A DNA stretch of 48,708 bases. Source: an uncultured Verrucomicrobiota bacterium. GTDB taxonomy: Bacteria > Verrucomicrobiota > Verrucomicrobiia > Limisphaerales > CAIMTB01. How positions within the stretch are numbered: the stretch's first letter is position 1; each line of letters starts with the position of its first letter. Below are positions 9,998 through 20,956 of this stretch, in pieces. Below the pieces are notes generated by a model that was given only the letters and a program-made list of their open reading frames with translations, had not been told where the DNA came from and did not search any database. Made by a program: the position numbers and the translations under genes. The stretch covers positions 21,273 through 69,980 of the forward strand of contig CAYZAE010000006.1 in the NCBI GenBank assembly GCA_964476125.1, given 5' to 3'.

Positions 9998-10013
9998 TCC
10001 GTAATTCGTAATC
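9993..10013 (+). repeat. Heptamer tandem repeat (CGTAATY)x3
   Basis: CGTAATC CGTAATT CGTAATC overlapping and following the hemA stop. Confidence 0.7.
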
Positions 10014-10131
10014 CGTTCCTGGTTCAGCGCCGATGCCGGCGGCAGGGCAGGGCAGGGCCCTTGGATCCTGGACGAGGGGAGCTGACAGCCGGCCATGGAC
10101 TGGCGCCAGGGGTGTCATCGCCACAGATTTC

Positions 10132-11187
10132 ATGGCAACGCGAAAAACTTCAACGAGTGGGAAGCCCGCGGGGGTGGGGGCTGAGAGGATGCTGCGGCCG
10201 ATTCGGATCGCAACGCGGGGCAGCCTTTTGGCTTTGGCGCAGGCGAACCAGGTTTTGGCGGCTTGCCGATTGGCCTTTCCACAACGGGTGTTTGAGTTGC
10301 GCGTCTTCAAGACGACGGGAGACCGAATGCAGAAGGCATCGCTCTCCGACGCCTCGGGCAAGCTGCCCAAGGGTTTGTTCACCAAGGAACTCGAGGTTGC
10401 GCTGCTTTCGGGGGAGGCGGATTTCGCGGTCCACAGCCTGAAGGACCTTCCGACTGAACTTCCGGAGGGGCTCCGGCTCGCAGCGGTTTTGGAGCGGGAG
10501 GATCCGCGGGACCTGCTCGTGACGCGGGCCCAGGGCACGCGGGGAGGGAAGGCGTCGGCCCGGCGCGTGGGGTTGGATGGGTTGGCGGAGGGGGCGATCG
10601 TGGCGACGAGCAGCACGCGAAGGGTTGCGCAGTTGAGGGAGCAGCGGCCTGATCTGCGATTCGTCGAGATACGGGGCAATGTTCACACCCGCGTGCGCAA
10701 GCTGGGGGCCGACCCTTCGCTTGCGGCCACCGTTCTGGCCGTGGCCGGTCTGAAGCGGTTGGGGGTGACCTGGGGCGAGGATGGACGGCTGCGGATTCCG
10801 CCCGACCCGAAGCTGGCGGACCCGATTCCCTCGATGCGCGGCAGCCCTTTGGACATTGGGGCCGTGCTTCCCGCGGTGGGGCAGGCAGCCATTGGGCTCG
10901 AGTGCCGGTCGCGGGATCCACTGACGGCGGCCATCTGCCGGAAGTTGAATCATGCCGACACGCTGGCCTGCGTTCAGATGGAGCGCGCCTTTCTTTCCGG
11001 TTTCGGGGGCGGCTGCCACAGTCCGGTGGCGGCTTACGCCGAGGGCGCGGGCAGGGGAGCTCGATTCCGGGCGGTGGCCTTCGACGGAGAACGGGTGTGG
11101 CGCAAGGAGGTCCGGGTCCCCTGGAAGGGGGCCGTGGCCGCGGCCCGTAGATTGGGGCGGGAAGCCAGGAAGGCGCTGGATTCGTAG
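10132..11187 (+). CDS. hemC: Hydroxymethylbilane synthase (porphobilinogen deaminase)
   Basis: IRIATRGSLLALAQ, KGLFTKELE, AVHSLKDLPT, TSSTRR, IRGNV.TR, GGGCHSP cofactor Cys. Start is 10132 or 10189. Confidence 0.95.
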   Translation: MATRKTSTSGKPAGVGAERMLRPIRIATRGSLLALAQANQVLAACRLAFPQRVFELRVFKTTGDRMQKASLSDASGKLPKGLFTKELEVALLSGEADFAVHSLKDLPTELPEGLRLAAVLEREDPRDLLVTRAQGTRGGKASARRVGLDGLAEGAIVATSSTRRVAQLREQRPDLRFVEIRGNVHTRVRKLGADPSLAATVLAVAGLKRLGVTWGEDGRLRIPPDPKLADPIPSMRGSPLDIGAVLPAVGQAAIGLECRSRDPLTAAICRKLNHADTLACVQMERAFLSGFGGGCHSPVAAYAEGAGRGARFRAVAFDGERVWRKEVRVPWKGAVAAARRLGREARKALDS

Positions 11188-11242
11188 TGGCCTGGGAGGG
11201 GGGGATTTTGGAGGATCGCATCCGCCCTTGCGGCCGAAGATC

Positions 11243-11782
11243 ATGCTACCGTCCGCCCATTTCCGCTTTTGCCCTGCCTGTGGCGCGTCCAGTGCCCGGG
11301 AGGCGGGTGCTTCGCCCTTTGAGTGTGCCGGCTGCGGCTTCACCTACTATTTCAGTGCTGCCATCGGAACGGCGGCTTTTCTCAAGCGACCCGACGCACG
11401 AATGCTGTTCATTCGGAGATCGAAGGATCCCGGCAAAGGCCTGCTGGCGCTGCCGGGTGGGTTCATCGACATCGGGGAGCGGGCCGAGGAGGCGTTGCGA
11501 CGGGAACTGCGGGAGGAGGTGGGTTTGGAAATTGACCCTCCGGAGTTTCTGACCTCTTTCACCAACCGATACCTGTTCCGGAACATCACCTACCCTGTGC
11601 TCGACCTGTTTTTCGTCGCCACTGCGCGGGAGCCGGAACGGGCCCGGGCCCTGGACGATGTGGAAGCGCTTGCCTGGAAGGATCCCTTGACGGAGCTCGA
11701 CCCCGCCGAACTGGCGTTTGATTCGATGCGACAGGCCCTGGAGGTCCTGTGCGGGCGGCTCAGGGCCGGAGTCCAACCCTGA
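11243..11782 (+). CDS. NUDIX hydrolase with N-terminal zinc ribbon (NudC-like)
   Basis: FCPACG...CAGCGF ribbon; Nudix box GGFIDIGERAEEALRRELREEVG. Confidence 0.9.
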   Translation: MLPSAHFRFCPACGASSAREAGASPFECAGCGFTYYFSAAIGTAAFLKRPDARMLFIRRSKDPGKGLLALPGGFIDIGERAEEALRRELREEVGLEIDPPEFLTSFTNRYLFRNITYPVLDLFFVATAREPERARALDDVEALAWKDPLTELDPAELAFDSMRQALEVLCGRLRAGVQP

Positions 11783-11893
11783 CCGTTGGCTCCGGAGCGT
11801 TCACGAGCCGTCCGCCCCAGGGGGCCTGGGAGAAGGGTTGCGGGCTGACGTTGGGTGGGCCCAGATTTGGAAGGCCTTCGACGGCCGGACATC

Positions 11894-12694
11894 ATGAAAT
11901 ACACCTACGAGCAACTGGCGAAGACCATCGATCATTCGCTGCTGCACCCCACCCTGACCGACCAGGACCTGGAAGCGGGATGCCGGCTGGCGGCAAAATA
12001 CGGCGTGGCTTCGGTTTGCATCAAACCCTACGCCGTACGTCGGGCGAAGGAGCTGCTTGCCGGCAGCGGGGTGGCGGTGGGCTGCGTGATTGGGTTTCCC
12101 CATGGCAACAGCGCCACGGAATCGAAGCGCTTCGAGACCGGACTGGCCTGCCGGGATGGGGCCGTGGAGATCGACATGGTGGTGAATTTGGGGAAGGCGC
12201 TGTCCGGGGACTGGGCTTATGTCGAGGCCGACGTGAAGGCCGTTTGTGACGAGGCCCATCGCCACGGGGCCCGGGTCAAGGTGATCTTCGAGAACGACTA
12301 TCTGGGGCAGGGAGGGGCCGGGTTGGATGGGGACGCGTTCAAGCGACGTTTGTGCGAGGTCTGCGAACGGGCCGGGGCCGATTGGGTCAAGACCTCCACC
12401 GGGTACGGTTTCGTGAAGCAGCCGGACGGGAGCTACAATTACCGGGGCGCCACGGAACATGATCTGGAACTCATGCGGGCCAGTTGCTCGGAGCGGGTCG
12501 AGGTGAAGGCGGCGGGCGGGGTCAGGGACCTGGACGGTCTGATCCGCGTGCGGGACCTGGGGGCGACGCGCTGCGGGGCAACGGCCACCGCCGCCATGTT
12601 GGACGAGTACCGGAGGCGGGAGGCTGCGGAGTCCGGTGGCGCAGGTCCGATGTCGGCGGGCACGGGGGGTGGGCTGGGTCGGGGGGGGTACTGA
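11894..12694 (+). CDS. deoC: Deoxyribose-phosphate aldolase
   Basis: IDHSLLHP, VIGFPHG, EIDMVVN, KVIFE, DWVKTSTG, VKAAGGVR. Confidence 0.95.
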   Translation: MKYTYEQLAKTIDHSLLHPTLTDQDLEAGCRLAAKYGVASVCIKPYAVRRAKELLAGSGVAVGCVIGFPHGNSATESKRFETGLACRDGAVEIDMVVNLGKALSGDWAYVEADVKAVCDEAHRHGARVKVIFENDYLGQGGAGLDGDAFKRRLCEVCERAGADWVKTSTGYGFVKQPDGSYNYRGATEHDLELMRASCSERVEVKAAGGVRDLDGLIRVRDLGATRCGATATAAMLDEYRRREAAESGGAGPMSAGTGGGLGRGGY

Positions 12695-12763
12695 GGGTGC
12701 CGGGCGGGGGGCGACGCCACGCGAGGGGTTGGCCCACAACTGTACGCAATCGCGTTACCGCCG

Positions 12764-12791
12764 TTGACTTGACCTCCGCGCTCCGTAGCAT
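12764..12791 (+). promoter_or_regulatory. Putative sigma70 promoter of the pil operon
   Basis: TTGACT (12764-12769), 16-nt spacer, TAGCAT (12786-12791), about 55 nt upstream of the pilB GTG. Confidence 0.45.
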
Positions 12792-12845
12792 GCCGGCCCA
12801 GGAAGCCGGCGGCGCGAAACCACGCCGAGGGTTTCTCCTTATACT

Positions 12846-14555
12846 GTGGCAGCCAGCGACGATTATTTGATCGATCACGTGGTCGACATGGGTTTTGTGA
12901 CCCGCGACCAGGTGGAGAACGTGCGACCGAAGGCCGACGAAACCGGCGAGGGTCTGATCGACCTGCTGGTGGAGGAGAAGTCGCTTACGCGCTCCCAACT
13001 GGCCCAGGCGAAGGCGGCCCATTTCAACGCGGAGTTCATCAACCTCGCGGAAATGCGGCTCGCGGATGATGTGCTTTCGAGCGTTCCCCGAAACGTCGCC
13101 AAGAAGTACAACACCGTCCCGGTTTATTCCTCGGAGGACGGTGTGTCGCTGGCTCTTTCGGACCCTTCCGATCTTGAGACCATCGATTCGTTGCAGCACG
13201 TGCTGAATCGAAACGTCACCGTGCTGGTGGCCAGTCCCGACGACATCGAAGCGGCGCTTAACCGCTATTACGGTCGGGCGGACGACTCGGTGTCCAAGAT
13301 GATCCAGGACATCACCGAGGGTGAGGTGGAGATCGCGACCCTCGGGAAGATGGAGGACTCGGAGGGTGGGGAGACCGTCGAGTCCGATGCGCCGATCATC
13401 AAGCTGGTGAACGGGATGATCATCGAGGCCTATCGGATGCGGGCTTCCGATATTCATCTGGAGCCGCTGGAGAAACGCTTCCGGGTCCGGTACCGGATCG
13501 ACGGCATGTGCCATGAGATGAAGTCGCCGCCCAAGCGGCTGCAGCCTTCGATCATCTCGCGCCTCAAGATCATGTCCAACATGTCCATCGCGGAACGGCG
13601 CATTCCGCAGGACGGACGTATTCAGTGCAACGTCGGGAACAAGGTCATCGACCTTCGTGTTTCCTGCCTGCCGACGAATCACGGTGAGAGCATCGTGATG
13701 CGTATTCTGGACAAGGAAGGACTGAAGCTCGGTCTTGGGGAACTGGGCTTTTTCACCGACGACCAGCAGACCTTTGAACGGCTGATCAGCCTTCCCGACG
13801 GGATTCTCCTGGTCACGGGGCCGACGGGTTCCGGCAAGACCACGACCCTGTATTCCTGTCTCAATTACATCAACCGGCCTGACCGAAAGATCATCACGGT
13901 CGAGGACCCGGTCGAGTACCAGATGTCCGGCATCAACCAGGTGCAGGTCAGCGAAGTCATCGGATTCACCTTCGCCGCCGCCCTCCGCTCGATGCTTCGT
14001 CAGGCGCCGAACATCGTGATGCTGGGGGAAATCCGTGACATGGAGACCGCGACCATCGCGATCAACGCCTCCCTCACCGGCCATCTCGTCTTCTCGACCC
14101 TGCACACCAACGATGCCCCCAGCGCCGTCACCCGCTTGATCGACATCGGAATCAAGCCGTTCCTCGTTGCCTCCTCGGCCCGGGCCCTGATCGCGCAGCG
14201 GTTGGTCCGCAAGATCTGCAAGAAGTGCGGCGGACCCTACATGCCGACCGAGAGCGAGTTGAAGGCGCTCCAGATCGATGCCGCGGCGGCGGCCAGTGCC
14301 AAGTTCACCAAGGGTCGCGGGTGTCCCGACTGCAACAAGACCGGATGCCGCGGGCGAATGGGGATTTTTGAAATCTTCCTGATCGACGATGAAGCCCGGA
14401 AGCTGATCTACGAAAAGGTCAGTTCCAACGTGCTTCGGATCCGCGCCCGGGAGGCTGGCATGCGCACCCTGCGCGAGGATGGACGACGCAAGGCCATCGG
14501 CGGACTCACCACCGCCGAGGAAGTCATTCGGGCCACCGTGGGCGACGTCGACTGA
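12846..14555 (+). CDS. pilB: Type IV pilus/T2SS assembly ATPase PilB/GspE, paralog 1
   Basis: [19 protein letters not shown], Walker [46 protein letters not shown] zinc motif. Confidence 0.93.
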   Translation: MAASDDYLIDHVVDMGFVTRDQVENVRPKADETGEGLIDLLVEEKSLTRSQLAQAKAAHFNAEFINLAEMRLADDVLSSVPRNVAKKYNTVPVYSSEDGVSLALSDPSDLETIDSLQHVLNRNVTVLVASPDDIEAALNRYYGRADDSVSKMIQDITEGEVEIATLGKMEDSEGGETVESDAPIIKLVNGMIIEAYRMRASDIHLEPLEKRFRVRYRIDGMCHEMKSPPKRLQPSIISRLKIMSNMSIAERRIPQDGRIQCNVGNKVIDLRVSCLPTNHGESIVMRILDKEGLKLGLGELGFFTDDQQTFERLISLPDGILLVTGPTGSGKTTTLYSCLNYINRPDRKIITVEDPVEYQMSGINQVQVSEVIGFTFAAALRSMLRQAPNIVMLGEIRDMETATIAINASLTGHLVFSTLHTNDAPSAVTRLIDIGIKPFLVASSARALIAQRLVRKICKKCGGPYMPTESELKALQIDAAAAASAKFTKGRGCPDCNKTGCRGRMGIFEIFLIDDEARKLIYEKVSSNVLRIRAREAGMRTLREDGRRKAIGGLTTAEEVIRATVGDVD

Positions 14556-14652
14556 ACCCCGTCCCCTTTCGAACCAGCGCCAACACAAGCCCAACCACCG
14601 CTTCGACGACCGCCCGTCCGATCAACCCTTCCGATCCTTACCGTTTCCGATC

Positions 14653-15753
14653 ATGGCTTACTCGATGTCCGATCTTCTGCAGTTGGTGGTGTCCGAGAAC
14701 GCCGCCGATCTGCATCTCCGCGTGGGAACCTCGCCCGTGCTCCGTGTTCACGGCGTCCTCCATCGTGTGGAAGGACCGATCCTTCGTCCCGAGGACACGG
14801 AGGAGTTGATGCGCTCGATCACCTCGGAGGACCAGATCCGAAGTGTGCGCGAGCGGGGAGGGGCGGACTTTGGTTTCGCGTTCGGCGAGATGGCGCGTTT
14901 CCGGGTCAGCGTCTTCAAGGAAAAGGGCAATTTCGGCATGGTGCTTCGTCAGATTCCCACGAAGCTCCTGACGCTCGAACAGATCGGCATTCCGCCGTCG
15001 GTCCGCGAACTTCTCTACAAGCCTCGTGGTCTGGTGCTTGTCACCGGCCCGACGGGTTCGGGCAAGACCACCACGCTGGCCTCGATGCTGAACATCATGA
15101 ACGAGGAGCGGGACGATGCGCACCTCATCACGATCGAGGATCCCATCGAGTACTACCACAAGCACAAGAAGGCGGTGGTGACGCAGCGCGAGGTGAACGT
15201 GGATGTTCCGAGCTTCGCCGAAGCCATCCGACGAGCGCTGCGGCAGGATCCCGACATCATCCTGGTCGGTGAAATGCGCGATCTCGAGACCATCGAGGCC
15301 GCCATCACCGCGGCCGAAACGGGTCACTTGGTCTTTGGAACCCTGCACACCACCGGCGCTGCCAAGACCATCGATCGTATCGTCAACGCCTTCCCGGTGA
15401 ATCAGCAGGAAATGATCCGCATCCAGCTGTCCACGGTGCTCCAGGCGGTGATTTCCCAGCTCCTGCTCCCGCGGTCGGACAAGCCGGGACGCGTGGCGGC
15501 ATTCGAGATCATGGTGAACACGCCCTCGATTGCGGCGCTCATCCGAGACAACAAGACGTTCCGTATCCAATCCGACATTCAGACCGGCGCGAAGTACGGC
15601 ATGGTGACCCTCGATGGGTTCCTGCTGGACAAGTATCAGCAGGGCATGATCGCCCGGGAGGAAGTCATCATGAAGTCCCAGGACCCCACGACGATCCTTC
15701 AGAAGCTCCAGGAACTCGAAGCCGCCCAGGCGGCTGCCGCCGTCTCCCGGTAA
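14653..15753 (+). CDS. pilT: Type IV pilus retraction ATPase PilT
   Basis: [62 protein letters not shown] (AIRNLIRE-like). Confidence 0.95.
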   Translation: MAYSMSDLLQLVVSENAADLHLRVGTSPVLRVHGVLHRVEGPILRPEDTEELMRSITSEDQIRSVRERGGADFGFAFGEMARFRVSVFKEKGNFGMVLRQIPTKLLTLEQIGIPPSVRELLYKPRGLVLVTGPTGSGKTTTLASMLNIMNEERDDAHLITIEDPIEYYHKHKKAVVTQREVNVDVPSFAEAIRRALRQDPDIILVGEMRDLETIEAAITAAETGHLVFGTLHTTGAAKTIDRIVNAFPVNQQEMIRIQLSTVLQAVISQLLLPRSDKPGRVAAFEIMVNTPSIAALIRDNKTFRIQSDIQTGAKYGMVTLDGFLLDKYQQGMIAREEVIMKSQDPTTILQKLQELEAAQAAAAVSR

Positions 15754-17480
15754 TGCCTATGTCCGACCTCCACTCCCATCCGCTCCTCTCGATGGTCCGT
15801 GAACGCGGACTTCTCGACGACCTCCAGTTCGAAGAGGTCACCCAGGAGGCCCAGCGCAGCGGCAAGCCGATCGCCGATATTCTCGCTGACTTCGGCCTCC
15901 TGGATCAGGATTCCCAGCTGCAGATCATCGCCGAGCATCTGGGAACCGAGGTCGTGGATCTCCGGTCCGTGACGCCCGACCCGGAGACGCTCAAGGCCGT
16001 ACCCGCGGCCACGGCGAAGAATTACCAGTGCTTTCCGTACGCGCTCCACGGCACCACCCTTCAGCTGGCCCTCGGCGACCCGCTCAATCCGACGATTCTG
16101 GACGAACTCGGGTTCTCCATCAGTTTCGAGATTGTTCCGGTGGTGGCGGATCCGAAGTCCGTGGCCCAGGCGATCGACAAGCACTACGGCGGCGGCGCAG
16201 CGGGTGGGGTGGATGGCAGCGACACCATGGCCCAGATCCTCAAGGAGCTGGGAGCGGATGCGGAGATCGAGAAGGAGGCGGCCGAGGCGGCTGCGGGGGC
16301 CGGGGATCTCAACGACCTCGCCAATGAGGTTCCGATCGTCAAGTTCGTGAACCTGGTGCTTGGGCAGGCGATTCAGGATCGCGCGTCCGACATCCATTTC
16401 GAACCGTTCGAGACTGAGTTCAAGATCCGGTACCGTGTCGACGGCGCGCTCTATGAGATGGCGCCTCCGCCCAAGCATCTTTCCCTTCCTGTGACCTCCC
16501 GCTTGAAGGTCATGGCGAACCTGGACATTTCGGAACGCCGGCTGCCGCAGGACGGCCGCATTTCGCTGACCTTGTTGGGTCGTCAGATCGACCTTCGTAT
16601 CTCCACGCTGCCGACCCAGTTCGGCGAGTCTGTGGTGCTTCGCGTTCTGGACCGCGAGGCGACCAAGCTTGACCTTGAGGTTCTCGGCCTGCCCAAGGAT
16701 GTCTTCGACTTCATGCACGAGGTCGTGCAGCAGCCCAATGGCATCGTGATCGTGACGGGACCCACGGGCTCCGGGAAGACGACCACCCTCTATTCCTGCC
16801 TTCGCCGCATCAACACCATCGATGCGAAACTTCTGACGGCCGAGGATCCCGTCGAATACGACATCGAAGGCATCATGCAGGTCGCCATCAACGAGGCGGT
16901 GGGCATGACCTTCGGCAAGGCGCTCCGCTCCTTCCTGCGTCAGGATCCCGACGTGATCATGGTGGGTGAGATGCGCGACATCGAGACCTCCCAGATTGCG
17001 ATCCAGGCGTCGCTGACCGGTCACTTGGTGCTCACCACGCTGCACACCAACGACGCGCCGGGCGCGGTGACGCGGCTCATCGACATGGGGGTCGAACCCT
17101 TCCTGGTTGCGTCCACGATGCAGTGCGTGCTGGCGCAACGCCTGGTCCGCAAGGTCTGCAAATCGTGCAAGACGTCGTTCGAACCGACGGATTCGCAGCT
17201 TTCCCTGCTGAACCTCTCGCCCCACGACCTGGGCGACAAGGTGTTCTACTACGGACGCGGCTGCGGGGCGTGCAACGACACCGGGTACAAGGGACGAAAG
17301 GGCATCTTCGAGTTGTTGATCGTCAACGAGGTCATCCGGCAGCTCATCATTGAGCGGGCGCCTACGGTTGTGCTCCGACAGAAGGCGATCGAGATGGGAA
17401 TGGTATCCTTGCGGGAGGATGGCCTGCGCGGTATCTTCGACGGGTCCACCACGATTGAAGAAGTTCTGAAGTACACCTGA
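15753..17480 (+). CDS. pilB: Type IV pilus assembly ATPase PilB/GspE, paralog 2
   Basis: [57 protein letters not shown]. Confidence 0.93.
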   Translation: MPMSDLHSHPLLSMVRERGLLDDLQFEEVTQEAQRSGKPIADILADFGLLDQDSQLQIIAEHLGTEVVDLRSVTPDPETLKAVPAATAKNYQCFPYALHGTTLQLALGDPLNPTILDELGFSISFEIVPVVADPKSVAQAIDKHYGGGAAGGVDGSDTMAQILKELGADAEIEKEAAEAAAGAGDLNDLANEVPIVKFVNLVLGQAIQDRASDIHFEPFETEFKIRYRVDGALYEMAPPPKHLSLPVTSRLKVMANLDISERRLPQDGRISLTLLGRQIDLRISTLPTQFGESVVLRVLDREATKLDLEVLGLPKDVFDFMHEVVQQPNGIVIVTGPTGSGKTTTLYSCLRRINTIDAKLLTAEDPVEYDIEGIMQVAINEAVGMTFGKALRSFLRQDPDVIMVGEMRDIETSQIAIQASLTGHLVLTTLHTNDAPGAVTRLIDMGVEPFLVASTMQCVLAQRLVRKVCKSCKTSFEPTDSQLSLLNLSPHDLGDKVFYYGRGCGACNDTGYKGRKGIFELLIVNEVIRQLIIERAPTVVLRQKAIEMGMVSLREDGLRGIFDGSTTIEEVLKYT

Positions 17481-17494
17481 CTGGAGCTCAACCC

Positions 17495-18838
17495 ATGCCC
17501 AAGTTCAATTACGTTGCCATGGACTCCCGTGGCAAGGAGACCAAGGGGAGCCTGGAGGTCGGGAGCCAGAATGAGGCGATCAGCCGGCTCAAGGAGATGG
17601 GGTATTTCCCCACAAAGGTTGAGCAGGCCCAGACTCCTGCCAAGGACGCCAAGAAGACGGTCAAGGCTGGTCCGAAGCCGGGTGGGGCCAAGAAGTCGCT
17701 CAATATCAAGATCCCCGGTTTCGGCGGGGTCAAAACCAAGCAGTTGACCACGTTTACCCGTCAGTTGGCGACGCTGGTGGATGCCGGTCTGCCGTTGTTG
17801 CGCGGTCTTCGGGTGCTGGCGAAACAGGAGAGGAATCAGACGCTCAAGGACACGCTGGGGCAGTTGGCGATGTCGATCGAAGGTGGCAGCACGTTTTCCG
17901 AGGCGCTGGCGCAGCATCCAAAGGTCTTCAATCGGTTGTTCGTCTCGATGGTGAAAGCGGGCGAACTTGGTGGTGTGCTGGAGGTGGTTTTGAACCGCCT
18001 TGCCGAGTTCATGGAGAAGGCCCAGAAGATCAAGGGCAAGGTCATCGCGGCGATGTTCTATCCCGTGGCGGTCATGACCGTGGCCGTGATCATTCTGGCG
18101 GTCCTCATGATTTTTGTGGTGCCGAAGTTCAAGCAGATCTTCGGCGACATGATGGATGGAGCCCAGCTGCCAGGATTCACGGCGTTCGTGCTCGAGATCA
18201 GCGAGGCGATTAAAAATTACACCATCGTTTTTCCGGAGTGGGCCGGCGGCTTTCCCATGCCGGGCCCGGTGATTCTTGGAATCATCGCGTTCGTCATCGC
18301 CTTCAAGATATTCGCCCGCACCAAGTTTGGGACGAAGGTCCTGGACAAGATCAAGTTGCGCATGCCGGTCCTTGGACCTGTCTTTACCAAGGTCGCCATC
18401 TCGCGTTTCAGCCGAACGCTGGGAACCCTGGTCAGTTCCGGTGTTCCCATCCTGCAAGCCCTCACGATCGTCCGCGAAACCTCCGGCAACGTGATTGTCG
18501 GAAACGCCGTCACCAAGATTCACGAAAGCGTGAAGGAAGGTGAGACCATTACCCAGCCGCTTGAGGCGGCCAACGTCTTCCCGCCCATGGTGATTTCCAT
18601 GGTGGACGTCGGTGAGCAAACCGGTGCCCTCCCGGAAATGCTCATGAAGATTGCGGACACCTTCGACGACGAAGTCGATAACGCCGTGTCCGCCATGACC
18701 TCGCTTTTGGAACCGATCATGATCGTGTTTCTGGCCGTGGTCGTCGGCAGCATCGTCATCGCCCTGTTCCTTCCCTTGATCAAGCTGATCGAAGGCGTGG
18801 GTGACGTGAGCAAGGACGGCGGCGGCGGCGGCGACTAG
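17495..18838 (+). CDS. pilC: Type IV pilus inner-membrane platform protein PilC/GspF
   Basis: FTRQLATLVDAGLPL, AGELGGVLE, YP, FSRTLGTLVSSGVPIL, VGEQTGAL, LLEP. Confidence 0.95.
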   Translation: MPKFNYVAMDSRGKETKGSLEVGSQNEAISRLKEMGYFPTKVEQAQTPAKDAKKTVKAGPKPGGAKKSLNIKIPGFGGVKTKQLTTFTRQLATLVDAGLPLLRGLRVLAKQERNQTLKDTLGQLAMSIEGGSTFSEALAQHPKVFNRLFVSMVKAGELGGVLEVVLNRLAEFMEKAQKIKGKVIAAMFYPVAVMTVAVIILAVLMIFVVPKFKQIFGDMMDGAQLPGFTAFVLEISEAIKNYTIVFPEWAGGFPMPGPVILGIIAFVIAFKIFARTKFGTKVLDKIKLRMPVLGPVFTKVAISRFSRTLGTLVSSGVPILQALTIVRETSGNVIVGNAVTKIHESVKEGETITQPLEAANVFPPMVISMVDVGEQTGALPEMLMKIADTFDDEVDNAVSAMTSLLEPIMIVFLAVVVGSIVIALFLPLIKLIEGVGDVSKDGGGGGD

Positions 18839-18931
18839 GCCGTGCCCCGGTTCGCTCGAGGCCGGGCTGCTCCTTGGCGGAGAGTCCTGCCTCTGGCATC
18901 AACTCGGTCGCGGTAAAGGTTTTCAGGCTTC

Positions 18932-18966
18932 AGGGCTCCCGGCGTTCCCGGGGGCCCTTTCCTTTG
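18932..18966 (+). terminator. Probable intrinsic terminator after pilC
   Basis: AGGGCTCCCGG-cgttc-CCGGGGGCCCT 11-bp stem (one G-U) followed by TTCCTTTG. Confidence 0.5.
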
Positions 18967-19121
18967 AATCGTCCAGCTCCCCAGTGTCGTGGCGGGCGTC
19001 GAGGGACAGACTGCTTCGAATTGCCCCTGCGCGTCCGCGGTCTGCCAATGCCTCCGCCTGGCGGAGGATCGGTTCACGGGGGACGGAGAGGACCAGGGGT
19101 GGGCTTCGAGAAGGACGACTG

Positions 19122-19943
19122 CTAGGGGAGCAGGAGAATCGAGTCGCGGAGCCGACCCAGGGATTCTTGAGGGAGCCGGGGATCCGAGCTTCCAGGAACG
19201 GGTTGCTCGCGGGTCACGTGCCCATCAATGAACGAAGCCTCGGCCCGCCGTGCATGTCGGAAGTGCGCCGTCGGCTCCCTGTGGTTCACGTAATAGAACT
19301 CTTCAAGCATGGGGTGATCCGGGCTGGCGGGAGCCTGGAAGTCGTTGACTTGGGCGGCATCCGCAAAAGAAGCGAGCTCCGCAGGTCGGACAATGGAAGT
19401 AACCCGGACCGGGGGGTGATCCGGGGTGGAGGAGAGGGTCAAATTGTATCCGTAGCCGCCCGTGGCCTCGCCAGCCTTCGGCTTGAATTCCTGTCCATAC
19501 CGTCTCAAGGCGGGACAAATCTGCACTCGACGGCTGGCGAGATAGGGCCAAAGGACGCCCGCGGTCGGGTCGAACCGGCGCTGTCCTTCCTCCCCGCGTT
19601 GGAGCCAGCCAAACCAGAAGAAATCCCCATCGGCGGTGGCCGCTCCGCGGTAGGGAAAGGCGGCGCCGTCGTGGTCATCCCAGTACATCTGAACGGCAAG
19701 TGCGAACTGCCGAAGATTTCCGGCACAGAGAGCCGTGCCTGCTCCGCTGCGGGCTTTGCTCAAGGCGGGGAGAAGGAGGGTTGCCAGGATGGCGATGATC
19801 GCCCCCACCACGAGGAGTTCGGCCAGGGTGAAGCCTCGTGCCTCGGGATCGGCTGAGCCGGGACGCCGGCGGCCGGGCGGTGCGCAGGCCGAACGGAAAC
19901 CTACGGCGCCGGGCCTCGCGCTCTGGATCATCGGGCACCTCAT
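19122..19943 (-). CDS. Prepilin-type N-terminal cleavage/methylation protein with C-terminal H-X9-DG motif
   Basis: [54 protein letters not shown] (exact H-X9-DG); ATG 19943 overlaps the upstream TGA. Confidence 0.88.
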   Translation of the reverse strand: MRCPMIQSARPGAVGFRSACAPPGRRRPGSADPEARGFTLAELLVVGAIIAILATLLLPALSKARSGAGTALCAGNLRQFALAVQMYWDDHDGAAFPYRGAATADGDFFWFGWLQRGEEGQRRFDPTAGVLWPYLASRRVQICPALRRYGQEFKPKAGEATGGYGYNLTLSSTPDHPPVRVTSIVRPAELASFADAAQVNDFQAPASPDHPMLEEFYYVNHREPTAHFRHARRAEASFIDGHVTREQPVPGSSDPRLPQESLGRLRDSILLLP

Positions 19944-20956
19944 GGGCGCTCCAATCGGACCTGGTACAGACCCTGGTCCGCGGGGGGATGTGAATCCTCC
20001 AGAATCCACTGCGAACCCTCCATCCGGAGGGTGGATGGGATGGTTTCCCAGGAACGGGGCGCATCGCCCTTGGCCCGCTCCAGAAAGGGAATCCATCCGT
20101 TCGCGGCGGCATGGTTGGGGAGTTTGACGGTTCCGCGCCCAGCACTTTGGAGTGCGGGGCGGGGCGGTTCCGGGAATGTGACCACGATGTCATCCACCCA
20201 TCCCCGGGCCAGCAGCGATCCGGCGTAATTGGCGGGCTGGCCCGCCCCGCTGAAGCTGGTGACGGAGAAGGCATCGACTCGAAAATCCGAGAACCCCGCA
20301 TGGAGGGGCACGGACTCGGCTGCGACGATCTCGAGGTCCCGGGAGGCCCGGAGTTGGAGGGACTGATCGACCGGGTCGAATGCGACGGAAACGTCGTAAG
20401 GCCGGCCTGTCGTCAGCTCAACCGGGAAGACATGGAGGGTGGTCCACCGCAGGTTGTTGGTCCCGATCGCTACGGCTGCGAACGTCGGGGAAATGGCCCC
20501 CGCTCCTGGGAAATAGTTGAACTCGACGAGATCCCTGGGGCCGGTGGTTGGATGAACACCGGAGCCGCGAAGGAAATTCCCCTGGAATGCGCGATCCCGG
20601 CGGAGAAATCCCACCGCCAGTTGAAAGGTGCCCGACTCGGCGGCGGTGCGGATTTCATCGAGCTGGATCCGGAACGCGAACCGGAACGGATCGGATCGCG
20701 AGAGCACGGTTCCCAGGGGGCGATAGAAGTAGGTGTTGGTTCGTGAGGAATCCCAAGTCGCCGCGAGATGACCGCGGGCGGCGTCCCAGGCGAAAAGGGA
20801 GGAATCCCCACGGATGGACCATCCCCGGGTGGCGGGGTCGGAGCCGAACGTCTCGTGCCATTCGGTTGCGGCACTGCTGAGCAACCCGAGAGCCATGGGG
20901 AGCACCCTCGCGCTCCACTGTCGCGCAGCGGTTGGATATCCGCGTGGCTCGTTCAT
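19940..20956 (-). CDS. Hypothetical secreted protein
   Basis: 338-aa ORF coupled by ATGA overlaps on both sides; N-terminal hydrophobic signal-like stretch; beta-rich body. Confidence 0.75.
   Translation of the reverse strand: MNEPRGYPTAARQWSARVLPMALGLLSSAATEWHETFGSDPATRGWSIRGDSSLFAWDAARGHLAATWDSSRTNTYFYRPLGTVLSRSDPFRFAFRIQLDEIRTAAESGTFQLAVGFLRRDRAFQGNFLRGSGVHPTTGPRDLVEFNYFPGAGAISPTFAAVAIGTNNLRWTTLHVFPVELTTGRPYDVSVAFDPVDQSLQLRASRDLEIVAAESVPLHAGFSDFRVDAFSVTSFSGAGQPANYAGSLLARGWVDDIVVTFPEPPRPALQSAGRGTVKLPNHAAANGWIPFLERAKGDAPRSWETIPSTLRMEGSQWILEDSHPPADQGLYQVRLERP

Noticed and set aside
12522-18619. Long antisense ORFs (690, 310, 508 and 456 aa) opposite the pil operon
   Set aside because: Shadow ORFs caused by GC-rich codon bias of well-supported sense genes; no recognisable motifs
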